Assembly: GCA_016748015.1 (NCBI GenBank)
Contig: JAAOMT010000012.1
Location: 124,001-188,000 of the forward strand
Direction of reading: 5' to 3'
From: Geosiphon pyriformis uo1
Lineage: Eukaryota > Fungi > Glomeromycota
Length of the DNA stretch: 64,000 nt
The notes beneath the pieces are model-generated. The model made no database searches and was not told the DNA's origin. It saw only the letters and a program-made list of their open reading frames with translations. The position numbers and the translations under genes were made by a program. Of the stretch, positions 44,101 to 56,451 are shown piece by piece (position 1 is the first letter of the stretch; each line of letters begins with the position of its first letter).

Positions 44101-45174
44101 CTGGGTTGTTGTACCCTTCAGAACCAAAAAATTGGCCCCCCAAAACACGTCAAAAGTACTGCATGCCAAAGAAATCCTGTCAGAGAGGATCTTGGAAAGA
44201 ATTTTGCAAGCTGTTTCAATTAAGGCAATAAGACATATGTTCATCAAAACACCTTCCCACTTATAAGATTTGAGAATCATTGCAACCCATGCTTCCTTCC
44301 AAGGGCCAGGCACTAATTCACTAGACAAACAAGAATTCAAGAGCACCAACAACATATCTAAAACTGACCTATCACAATGTTTCCAAAGCTCATTTGAAAT
44401 ACCTAACAAACCAGCTGCTTTACCATTTAGAAGATCAGAAACCACCCCAAGGAACTCATCATATTCAATCAAACACATGACACCAGAAAAAGCTTCATCA
44501 AAAACATACTCCAACAGCTAATATTGGAGGTGCTAATCATCCGAGACATTATCAATCACCTGACGCTTCCTAGTCCAACCTTCTATGATTGCATCCACTT
44601 TGAACTTGACCTGCTCAGGTTCTAAAATCAAATTATCATTAACTACTAAATGATCCAGCACAATCTTATGAAACGGGTGCTCTAACACACTCCTTATTGT
44701 ATGACTTTTATCTACTTTAAAGCTTTCCATCCTCTTGTCTATCACAGACCTGATGTTCGCATCTTTAGTACTCTGAGATTCAACGAGCTTGGACACCCAA
44801 TAAGATTTCCTAGCACCAAAAAAAGCAAAACGAACATGATCAGATTCCATACCAGAGTCCACCAGATTCTGTATGACTGAAGCCTTGACACTGTTCAGAG
44901 AAGCCCAACACTTCATAAGAGAAGCAAAATTCACAGCACACTTCACATGAAATGCCTTAATAATCTTTGAAACCAGAAGCTCCAACTTGTGAAACCTTGA
45001 AGACTCTTTGGTAAAGACATTATTAAATTCCTTGAACCACTTTTTCTTGAACACTTCACTAGCCAAAAGAACTATTATCTTGTGAATAACATTCCACATT
45101 GTGTCCAAATCCGAAAACCCCACAGAAACAGTGAACTCATCTGAGAACATTGTTGCATTAGCCAATGTGGCACA
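41150..45174 (-). mobile_element. 5'-truncated, better-preserved LINE (RT + RNase H + C-terminal Cys/His motif) with A/AAT-rich tail
   Basis: 819-aa ORF with LQDMRKAYDSV, GLDQG, GAFVDD, YLGIFL and RNase H FSDSQSAL / KGHSGVLGNERAD; CLYCG...DHVFSC near 41800; a few in-frame stops. Confidence 0.93.
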
Positions 45175-45559
45175 TTTATTATTAAAGAGACCAAAAAAAG
45201 TTTATTTAATATTATTTATTTTAACATTATTTTAATTAAAAAAAATATTAAAAAAAATATTAATAATATTTTAATATTTATATTTATCTTAAATATATAA
45301 TATAAAAAAGTATTTTTTTAATTAAAACATTAATTATATTTGTTTAATAATTAATTTATATATGTTATTTTAAATTTTTTTAACAAATAAATTATCTTAT
45401 AATAAATCAAATAAATTTAAAATTTATTACAAAAATTTTTTTTTCTTTTATGTTCAAAATTTTTAAAGAACAATTTTTGAAAAAGAAGTTTTTGTCTTTA
45501 TTTTTTTAATAATATCATTTTTAATATTTCTTAAGTTAATAATAATCTATTTATAATAA

Positions 45560-46423
45560 ACCTAAAAACTGTTTAAGTAATATTATATCTAAAAAAAAAA
45601 TGTTTAAAAATGCTTTTTATAATCTTGTTAAAGATTTTTTCTTTTAAAAAAAAAGTGTTTATAAATAATATTAAACACTTTAATGATAAAAAAAAAATTT
45701 CTTTGGTTAAATTTGATTTTAGCAATAGTATGTATCCAGATATAAATAATAAATTTAATAACAATAAAATTAATAATGTATCAATGAGTGTTAATAATAG
45801 TTTTATTTTGGTTTAACTATAACAACACTTAAAGTTAAGAGAATTAATACTGGTTTGGATTATAGTTTTTCTATTAGTGTACTCAATTATAACATAGATA
45901 AAGATTCTCTTTTTTTTTTATTTCTTTTGGCAAAAAGTAAATTGACTTTAAAATAGTAAAAACTTAAATTAAAATAGCCATCAGAAAATTTTTTGTATTA
46001 AATATTAATTCTTTAAATTGGCAATAGCCAAAAATCAAGTTATCAGAAAATTTTTTTTTACAATTAATGGTTTTTAAAAAGTTATTACATTCTTAAAATT
46101 TGAAAAAATTATTAGATTAACATTTATATCAGAAAAAACATAAAAAAAGCCATGTTATTAGCTCAAAAAAAAGAGATTATTGTAAACAATAATGTCAAAA
46201 AACAAAAAATTAAATTAAATTAAACTGTAATAATTAAAAAAATTTTCATAAATATGCCAAAAAAAATAATTATTGCAGTTTTTTTCAAGTTTGGTTAAGT
46301 AGTGTCAATTCAATTACAATTAATTGAGCTATGACAAAAGACTGTGATAAAGTTTGTTAAATTGGCTTAAACAGATTAGTTGATAATTAAATAGTCATTT
46401 TTAATCAGAAAAAATTTGGTATG
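45560..46423 (+). pseudogene. LINE ORF1 N-terminal remnant, opposite orientation to the 40846 copy, cut at the pogo TIR
   Basis: KKKVFINNIKHFNDKKKISLVKFD matches KKKILIDNIKHSDNKKDISLIKFD (40496-40846 ORF). Confidence 0.8.
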
Positions 46424-47415
46424 CAGTGAACTTTCTCTATAGTCCTCTGGTTATAATTACTATTTTTTTATAATCACATTTTTTTAAAAACCAAAACCAT
46501 TTATATATAATATTATTTTCTTATAGTTATTTTTACTATATATATCTTCTTATAGTCTCTATTTCCACAAATATAATAACAGAATATAAGTAATTTCCAC
46601 TCTCTATAGTCACATTATAATTATATAATATTAGATATAAACATCAGATGTCATCTTATATTTAATTAGACATGTACAGTCAGGGAGATTTTCCAATTTG
46701 TCAATAGAAATTATTCTTTTTATGGTAGTAAAAAAAATTAGAAAAGTTTCTGGAAACAATTATAGAATACTAAACAAAATTTCTGAAATATTACAACATT
46801 CAATTCCTCTTTTTCTTTATAAGCTGCCACCACCATTAGAAGACAATAATAGAACTATTATATCTGACTTGTTGTTTGCAAGTATTATGAAAATTTTAAT
46901 AATAGTTGACATATGGTACAATACTGCTGCTCTTGGTGCTTTGGAGACTGGTAGTGCTTCAGAAACTGGTAGTGCTTTGAAAGCTGTTGCTACAAGTATT
47001 GATGAAGTTACTTTGGATCAAACTTTGGCTAATGAGATTACTTTTTATCCATATTGAAAGAAGAAATTAACAGATCTACAAGTAAGAATAATGGCCCAAA
47101 GGGATCCTCCAGGAACAAGTTTGTTAATAGGACATTGCTTAAGCAAATCAATTAGGAACAGAGTTCAAATTTACCTTTCCTTAGGAAAAAAAATGTGACC
47201 AGTAATAAAACTCAGAACATGAAGATTCCGATATATACCCAATAAATACATTTTTACACCAACTTTGGCATCTACAATTAAAAAAGGACTCCATACTAGC
47301 AATTATATTTATCATTTAACCAATATTTAATATTAGCAAGTGAAAGTTTGACTGATAGTTTTAAAGATATATTAAAAATTAACTTTTTTGGGGCAAATAA
47401 ATCCATGTTGAATGC

Positions 47416-48466
47416 TGTTACCCAAGTAGAAAAACCAATCCAAAGTTATGAAAAAACGTGACCAAAACGTGATATAACAGAATAATGCACAATAACATTG
47501 GATAATGCGTTATAACATAGGATAATGTGTTATAATGCAGAATAACACAAAATAACATGCAATAATGTAGGATAATGTGTTATAACACAAGATAACACAG
47601 AATAACATATAATAACATCAGATAATGTGTTATAACATAGGATAACTAGCAATAATGTAGAAAAACGAAGCAATAACAGAAACAACAAAGCAATAGCTAG
47701 CAATAGCGAAACAATTGAAAGCAATTCTGTAAAACCAAAAGAATGTATAAAAGCAAGTAGTTGTAGAAATGAGAAAAGACAGACAGATAGATACGAACCT
47801 TTAGACAAGAATTAAATATCCATACCTCTTCATCCTTTATTATCTTCCCTATTTCATCTCCTGAAATAAACCAATTATTAAAAAGAAATCAGAATCATGA
47901 ATTTATGTTCTCGAACTTCGTAGAATTTACATGAATTAACTCTTGTTTCATATCTCCATTCTAGAACAGATGTTCTTAACATAACTGTCTCGAACCTATT
48001 AACAATTTGGACCAATTGCTCTTGATCATGGTGATTGATGATACTAATTTTTCTTTTTTTTTCTTTTTCTGTCTTATTTTTGTAGAGCAGCAACATAGTA
48101 AAATTGACTGTCTGGGAATAGACTTCGTAATAGCCTGGTAAAAGAGAGAAGCTTTCCCTAAGTTTTGAATATTAATATTATCTTGTTAGTTTACCAGAAG
48201 GGTGAAAAGACAATGCCAGACCCTAATGACTGTGCTCGTTAGCTCAGAGAAGAAAGCTCACATTTACAAAAAACGTTGCAATTGACGAAAAACAAACTCT
48301 GTGCCTTATAACCAAAGAACTTAACGGGTAAATTCACATCCAGGAATAGACCTTCAGAGACTGATAATCAAGACTAAGCCAACAGAATTATGCAGAAGAT
48401 ACATCATCCATAATTGAGAGCACCAAATGTTACCATTTCCCATACTCACCAAGTTTATCCGTAACA
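47416..48466 (+). repeat. 5' LTR (1051 bp)
   Basis: Direct repeat of 55388-56451; TATA-like TATAAAAG near 47746. Confidence 0.95.
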
Positions 48467-48468
48467 TT

Positions 48469-48485
48469 TGGTGCTCTCTGTGAGG
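48469..48485 (+). promoter_or_regulatory. Primer-binding site TGGTGCTCTCTGTGAGG
   Basis: Begins 2 nt after the LTR with TGG; complement CCUCAC-AGAGAGC-A-CCA has the shape of a tRNA T-stem/acceptor/CCA end. tRNA identity not determined (elongator Met or Ile are guesses). Confidence 0.8.
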
Positions 48486-48528
48486 TTATAAATCCACAGA
48501 GACAGAGCACCCCCAAAAATACATAAAA

Positions 48529-51500
48529 GTGGCGACTATTAGAACAATAGGAAAGGACCACTCCTTGTATGGAAAAGCACTATTTTAATACTTTCGAAAA
48601 GATCTAGGAATACCAGCAGAAACCGCTTATGCAGAAAGTAATTTTTGTAACTATATCAATGCAAAAATCGATTGCTTGTTAGGCTGCACAACTGATACAA
48701 AAAGACTTGGAGAACAAATTCATCAAAGCTTTCTAGGGTACTCAACAGCCACGACTACCCGAACAATCACTGAAACTCTGTGCATAATTGATACAGACAT
48801 TAAATATTACGTGGCATAATGATTCTCTCAAGTACAACAACCAGTGGAATCTGACCCTGAAGAATACGAAAATGAATCCAACAACCCCATAACTGCCCAA
48901 GCCAAGTCCACGGTCAACAAAAAACCAAGAATCCTCTCCTCAACAATTCCATCATACTATCAGACATCCCAGAGTAGAATTGTATTCAACTCACCCCTGA
49001 AAACTCAGTCAGAAACACCACGAACTCTTGGAAATCTACACCTTTGAAATTAACACAGTTGGACCAAATCACTAGGAAAATATGGATCGCTGTTTGGAAA
49101 TCTTACCCCAGCAGCTGGTCAAACAGAAGAAAACCCGTCAACTTGGGAACAGCCACCAGCACAAAACCTAGTAGAATCAGCATCTCTCTTAATAGAAGAA
49201 ACAGCTATTTTACAACTTATTGGTTCAAGCAACAAAGGAAAGCAATCAGCATTAGCACCTAGAGAACACTTGAATACACAGACACCAATCTCTTTAAACA
49301 TAACCAGTAACATTCCACCCATTAACCGGATCATGGCTTACCGGGATATTGCTAAATTGGAAAAATTCTCTGGTAAAGAAGATAACACATATTCTTGGAT
49401 CGTGGACACCAAGAAAGCAATTACCATTAACAGTTAGAACAATGACCACACAATTTAGGCACTGCCATTTTTTTTAACCAAAACTGCCAATTCGTGGTAC
49501 CAGAGTCTTGCAGAGAAGCCTACCTCCTTTACCGAGTTTAAACTTGCATTTTTGCAATACTTCTGTGACCCCAATACATTAATTCAATTGCAGAATCAAT
49601 TTAGCATAATTAAACAAAAAGATTACAAAGCAGTAACTACTTATTTCGGACAATTCAATCAAATTCTGCATCAAATATTAGCTATCAAAAGGGACTACTA
49701 CACCACAGCGCAAGTTCTTAATCAATTCATTAAAGGATTGCAGAATGGTATTCTAAGATCTGTAAGACCCTACCATCCAATCAGTTTACAAGACGCTGTC
49801 ACTCTTGCTCGTGATTTTGAGTCTGCAGAACAAGAAGTGAACCATACCTAAGCCGTTAATTTAGCCATTAATAGAACCTCTGATATCGACACAAAGATAA
49901 TCCAATTGAGTGAGAAACTAACTCAGAAAATTGAGGGATTCTTAGCTGGAACTACAGGAACTTATCAACCACCCCAACGGAGAGAAAATAACAACAACAG
50001 CAGATACTCACAGCAACAGAACCGTCAGCAACAGCAACAACCTTGGAGATCTGATCCCTGTAACTATTACTACTGCCAGAAATCTGGACATATCGCCCAT
50101 AACTGCAGAAGGAAGATCATGGACCAAAATCAAGGAAACTCATACCAGCAACCCAGATATCAGCAAAACATGGTATCCCAATATTCCATACCTCAGAATC
50201 AACTGCCCCTATATGCACAACAAGTCCCATATACTCAACCACTGCCCCAGAATTATTATCAACCACTACTAATAACACAAGCAATCCCTCACTATCAAAC
50301 TTCCCTTTACAGCCCATCCAGACCTCAAGCTATAGACTATAATTAGGGATGAAAGAATCCCAACAACAATTAGGTGCAAACCAACAGTAGACTGTTTTGA
50401 CCAATCCCTCACGGTCCTGCCCAATCTCGACCAACACCAACTGGATACCCGAATCAAGCTTTCTATCTCAGTCTTATGGAAAACCAGAGTTTTAATAAAT
50501 CTACACCTGTGGAAAAAGGGAATATAAAACAAATTTTCCAATCTTCCAAGCAAACAAAAAGCAATATTCTACCAGTCACTATTACTGAAGACACCACCCT
50601 AGCCACCATATTTCTTTTTGACATCGATAATTTGAACACCTATAGCCTTTTTAGTGGAGCAGCCATCAATCAGAATAAACTAATAATGGCCTTATACACT
50701 GATGCCAGAGTTGGAGGAATAGACATTAAATTAATCCTGAATAGTGGATCAGCTGGTAACATAATTACGAAGCAGCTTATGGACCAATTAGATCACTGAG
50801 TAGACCATGCCACTACCGCCCAGATTATTACAGTGGATGGAAACACAAAAACCCCGATAGGAAAAATTGACAACTTCCCCTTCGAGATTAATGGAATCCA
50901 AATCTCTACCAAAGTACTCGTCATGGAAGCTATTCAATATCAAGCTCTAGTAGGAAATGATTGGTTGTCAAAAGCCAACACTACTTTCGACTGGAACACC
51001 CAAGAACTTCAACTCACATTCAACGGACAGCATGCCCAAGTCCCAGCTACGTGCAGACACTTTAAAACCCAACATACCGAGGAACTTCTTATTGAATTTG
51101 AAGACACATTAATACCACCAATCATCGAGACCTATCAGGTTTCATGGGCAGATGATTATCAAACTAAACTACCTCTACCACCAACCTGGGAAGAAAAAAG
51201 AAAAGGCAGAGCCGAAGAAGAACCCTAATTGTCATTACTAGGATACGTAATCTCAGACCAAAGAAACTTATTTTACCAACTCCTAAGACTAATATGTGTT
51301 GATTGTGGAAAAAAACTATCCACTATGAGCACATGTATTGGGGACAACGAAAAATGGCCCACCGCTACCAAATACTATTGCAGACCTTGTTTACTAAAAA
51401 GATTTGGACGACCAAAATGACAAGACAAGTGGGACAACATGTCATGCCTCGCATGTGGCGAAATCCTACCAAATGAAAGACTCTGGAATGATGTGTCTGA

Positions 51501-54318
51501 CAGAGAAGAAACATGCAACGAGGTTTGTCAATACACCATATTAATCAACGATTGGGTACGAAAGGAAATCTCTATTGAGGACACTTGGAAATGAGTCCTC
51601 AACAGGCTGGACGGTTATCCATATGATGACCATGAAATCTAAAGAATGGCAAGTGCCAAGGCCGAAAACGCCATGCCCGAAGAAATACAAGAAATTAAGG
51701 ACAACCCTTGGATGCCCAAATATAATGAACCTGACTACCCCGAGAATGATTTCTTCACAGATGACCCAGACACATTTCAGAACTGATATCAGGAATTGGC
51801 CCCAACTCACGAAAAACAGGAGCAAAGGTTGGCCGATTTGAATACCAAACTGTGTGATCACTATTTGATCCCCTGTCATTTCCAGTACTGCAACAAATGT
51901 GATCTTATGTTCAATCTGTCTCCAAGAATACTGTTTCCAATCACCAAACTACCTGAACCCGAAGAAGAGGTATTGATTACCGAGGACATGTCATTTCAAG
52001 ATCCAACTGAGGATACTGAAACAGAACAGTATCTCGCGTATTCTGACCTATCCAAAAAACTAGAGCTAAAATGGTATAGTGACAACGAGGAAGGAATCTG
52101 CCCTAAAAAAACACATGACACCAATGCCAGTTTTGACCTACAATACCCTGGACAATGATCCATTATTATAGCCCCACATTTCCTCGTAAAAATAGATCTT
52201 AAGATAGCGTTAGAAATTCTTGTTAGTACAATGGTACAAGTTGCCTTTCGATCTAGTCTAGCCAAGAAAGGAATCGACGTAAAAGGAGGAATTATCGATG
52301 CTGGTTACACAGGAAACATTATTGTAATACTACAGAACAATTCGGACAGACTCTACAAAATAGAATCACAAGAAAAGATTGTCCAAGCTATCTTCCTACC
52401 CATAGTTAAAATATCCCAATTAACCCTGGTAACAATCTGAGAAGAATTAGGCCTTACTGCCTGAAGAATCAACGGATTTGGATCAAGTGAAAAAGGAAAC
52501 ATACCAGTTAATTTCATGGAGGAAAACAGTAACCAGGTAGAATTTATTAACACTGATACCATCATCTCCATTCCCCCATACCGACAATACATCCTTAAGG
52601 TGAATTGAAAGATCCAAGATCAAGTCCTGTTATTTGAAGCCAGTTCCGAAATCTGTTCCCTAGCCAATGTTGCTAATCTATACCTACTGGCCAAAGCCCA
52701 TAAACACTTCAAAATCCTCATCCACAATCCAATAGAAGATGTTATTGAAATCCCTAAAGAGACCTTCGTCAGTTCCATATCCACAGATATTCAGAATTCT
52801 AAAAAATCCCAGTCTATTCCAGATTTTGCACAATTATTCTTATTCTGTGACATTACCTCACAAGTATGGAATTTGCCAAAAGAAAGTTACTTGTTCACAC
52901 CAGAAGAGATCAATAAATTGAATTTAGGAAATTTAAGTACCCTGCAACAAATGCAATTCAAAGTCTTTCTGAATCAGTATGCTGATGTCTTTGCAAGTGA
53001 AAATGAGTTTGGACACACTGACATTGTGAAGCATCAGATTGATACAGGAGACACTCGACTGATTAAGCAATGAGCTTACCGTGTACCCCCATTTGACAAT
53101 AACCTAATTAAGCAAGAAATGCAACGGATGCTTGATAACGGCCTAATTAAAGAATTATTAAGCCCTTGGTCCTCTCCAGTAGTCTTGGTTACCAAGAAAA
53201 ATGGAAAAGTGCAATTCTGCGTAGATTATCAAAAACTAAATAGCATCACGCGAGAAGATAGTTATCCCACTCCCCTCATCCAGGAAATTCTGGGCAATCT
53301 AGGAAAAAAAAAATGGTTCTCATTATTAGATTTAGCAAGTGGTTACTGGCAAGTTGAAATAGACCCCAAAGACAAAGAAAAAACAGCGTTTACCACTCAA
53401 GATAGAAACTTCAAGTTTAACATAATGCCTTTTGGACTTTGTAATGCTTCTGCCACATTTCAATGTCTGATAGATGTAGTATACAAAGGAATCCTTTGGA
53501 AATCAGTAGTAGTCTACCTAAATAACACAAACATATTCTCCGAAACATTCAATGACCATCTGCTCCACCTGCAACAAGTCTTCGAATGCTTTCGTAGTGC
53601 TGGATTGAAACTCAATCCCAAGAAGTGCTTCTTTGGAAAAACCGAGTTAAAATTCCTAAGACATGTAATTGGCAAGGACGGAGTTAAATCCGATCCAAAT
53701 AAAGTACAAAAAGTCAAGGATTTTCTAGTCCCAATCAACCTCAAAGAATTACGAAGATTTCTAGAATTGGCAAGATATTATTGTCAATTTGTCAAAGATT
53801 TCTCGAACATCACAAAACCACTTCATCAATTGTTGTCCAAATATGTACTGTACTTGTGGAAGGAAGATTAACAGAAAGCATTCGACTATCTCAAGCAGCA
53901 ATTGATCACATCTTCAATCCTGATTTATCCAGATTTCACTAAATGGTTCATTGTCACTACGGACACCTCGAAAAATGCTCTAGGAGCAGTCTTATTACAG
54001 ATAGGACTGGACAATAGAAAACACCCAGTTGCCTACACTAGTCGCAGTACCAGCCCAGCAGAAAAGAATTACAGCACAACAGATCTGGAATGTCTCGCCA
54101 TTTATTGGGCCATACAGACTTGGAAACATTACCTCAGTTAACCATTTGACCTATATACCAACCACAAAGGACTTATTTGGTTACTTAACAATCCACAACT
54201 AGAAGGAAAATATGCAATATGGAGTACTTATCTGCAACAATTCCCACTCAAAGTCGATTACAAGGAAGGATCCAAGAACACCAATGCCGACAGTTTGTCA
54301 AGGATGCCACAAACCTAA
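48529..54318 (+). pseudogene. gag-PR-(Cys-rich)-dUTPase-RT-RNaseH polyprotein in one frame, interrupted by point nonsense codons
   Basis: Knuckle YYCQKSGHIAHNC; protease LILNSGS; dUTPase RSSLAKKG...GGIIDAGYTG...GFGSS; RT SPWSSPVVLV, LDLASGYWQ, MPFGLCNA, YLNN; RNase H TTDTSKNALGAVL. All sense ORF fragments start at positions congruent to 1 mod 3. Confidence 0.92.
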
Positions 54319-54328
54319 TCCCAGACCC

Positions 54329-55340
54329 ATGGACACACTCATTTATCAATGACTATATCAGTACCTATTGACACTATGTTTCAAGGAGATATTATCTCAA
54401 CAAAAACAAAGTACCATATGAAAACAAGCCCAAAATTATTTTATTCAAGACAACCAACTATATCGACGAGAACGCTGAAACCACTCCAACCCACAATGAC
54501 TAATCAAGGACAGTGAAAGAGAAACTATACTATATAGCGTGCACTCAGATCTGACTGCAGGACACTTTAACAAAGATGCTACCCTTGAAAGAACACTAAA
54601 CTTATACTATTGGCCAACAATGTACAAAGACATTTTCAAATACATGCTCAATTGTGACATATGTCAGTAAAGAGAAGAAGCAAGATCAACAGAACCACTT
54701 CGACCCATTCCAATTGGAAATCCATTTGATAGAATTGGGATCAACTTGGTTGGACTTCTTTCAATTACATCCCAAAAAAATCGCTATATTGCTATAGCCA
54801 TAGACTATCTTACAAAATGGCCAGAAGCCAGAGCAATCCAAGTGGCCAACGCCAAAACAGTAGCCGAATTTGTGCATCAAGACCTAATTTGCCAACATGG
54901 ATGTCTGAAAGAATTATTATTTGATCAGGAAACACACTTTGTTAATAATACGCTGACTGAACTAAGCCAACAGTTTGAAATAAAGAGACCCTTATTATCA
55001 CCATATCATCCACAAATGAATGGACTGGTAGAATGATTTGACAGAACACTGTGCGAAGCACTAGCAAAAATAAGTCATGAAAACAAACAAGAATGGGACT
55101 TATTCATACCTTCTGTACTCTTTGCATACCGAACATTAAAACAAAATACGACTCAGTTCACACCGTTCAAACTAGTCTATGAAAGAAAAGCAATGTTACT
55201 GATTAAATGAGTGATATCATCATACCCAACAGAAACAATTAATGAAGAAAATTTTGAAGCTATCTTATACCAAAGAATGTACCAGCTAATGGAAATGTTG
55301 GAAAACAATCAAACATTACATGAACAAAGCCATGATAACA
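54329..55340 (+). pseudogene. Ty3 integrase in a separate frame with its own ATG, C-terminally truncated
   Basis: MDTLIYQ...HSDLTAGHF...YYWPTM...CDIC (HHCC), IDYLTKWPEA, PYHPQMNGLVE; no GPY/F or chromodomain seen before the PPT. Confidence 0.88.
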
Positions 55341-55371
55341 GATACATATGGTTTTGCAGGAGCTCAATTTT

Positions 55372-55387
55372 AAAAAAAGAGGGATAA
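55372..55387 (+). promoter_or_regulatory. Polypurine tract
   Basis: AAAAAAAGAGGGATAA immediately before the 3' LTR. Confidence 0.8.
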
Positions 55388-56451
55388 TGTTATCTAAGTA
55401 GAAAAACCAATCTAAAGTTATGAAAAAATGTAACCAAAACGTGACATAACACAGAATAATGCACAATAATATTGGATAATGTGTTATAACATAGGATAAC
55501 GTGTTATAACACAAGATAATACAGAATAGTGCGCAATAACATAGAATAACATGTTATAATGTAGAATAATACAGAATAATATGTAATAACGTCAGATAAT
55601 GTGTTATAACATAGGATAACTAGTGATAATGTAGAAAAACAAAGCAATAACAGAAACAACAAAGCAATAGCTAGCAATAGCAAAACAATTGAAAGCAATC
55701 CTGTAAAACCAAAAGAATATATAAAAGCAAGTAGTTGTAGAAGTAAGAAAAGACAAACAGATAGATACAAACCTCTAAACAAGAATTAAATATCCATATC
55801 TCTTTATCCTTTATTATCTTCCCTATTTCATCTCCTGAAATAAACCAATTATTAAAAAGAAATCAGAATCATGAATTTATGTTCTCGAACTTCATGGAAT
55901 TTACGTGAATTAACCCTTGTCTCATACCTCCATTCTAGAACAGATGCTATTAGCATAACTGTCTTGAACTTATTAATGATTTGGACCAATCACTCTTGAT
56001 CACAGTGATTGACGATACTAATTTATCTTTTTTTTTTCTTTTTTTTTCTTTTTTTGTCTTATTTTTGTGGAGCAGCAACATAGTAAAATTGACTGTCTGG
56101 GAATAGACTTCGTGATAGCCTGGTAAAAAAGAGAAGCTCCCCCTAAGTTTTGGATATTAACATTATCTTGTTAGCTTACCAGAAGGGTGAAAAGACAATG
56201 CCAGATCCTAACAACTGCGCTTGTTAGCTCGAAGAAGAAAGCTCACATTTACAAAAAACATTGTAATCAATGAAAAACAAACTCTGTGCCTTATAACCAA
56301 AAAACTCAATGGGTAAATTCACATCCAGGAATAGACCTTCAGAGACTGATAATTAAGACTAAGCTAACAGAATTACGCGGAAGATACATCATCCATAATT
56401 GAGAGCACCAAACATTACTATTTCCCATACCCATCAAGTTTATCTGTAACA
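55388..56451 (+). repeat. 3' LTR (1064 bp)
   Basis: Direct repeat of 47416-48466. Confidence 0.95.

Larger units (their letters stand above)
47416..56451 (+). mobile_element. Full-length Ty3/gypsy LTR retrotransposon with dUTPase, 9036 bp, 4-bp TSD ATGC
   Basis: LTRs 47416-48466 and 55388-56451 (TGTTA...TAACA); ATGC at 47412-47415 and 56452-56455; PBS, PPT and PR-RT-RH-IN order. Confidence 0.96.

Noticed and set aside
47465-47660. CRISPR-like array
   Set aside because: Contiguous 10-bp units without unique spacers, inside a eukaryotic LTR, with no cas genes.
47530-47808. Hydrophobic 92-aa antisense ORF in both LTRs (env-like?)
   Set aside because: Reverse reading of an A-rich tandem repeat; duplication is explained by the LTRs.
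48529-55210. UGA recoding or alternative genetic code in the Ty3
   Set aside because: The TGAs fall at likely Arg CGA sites alongside TAA/TAG and D>N damage, and host genes use TGA as a stop.
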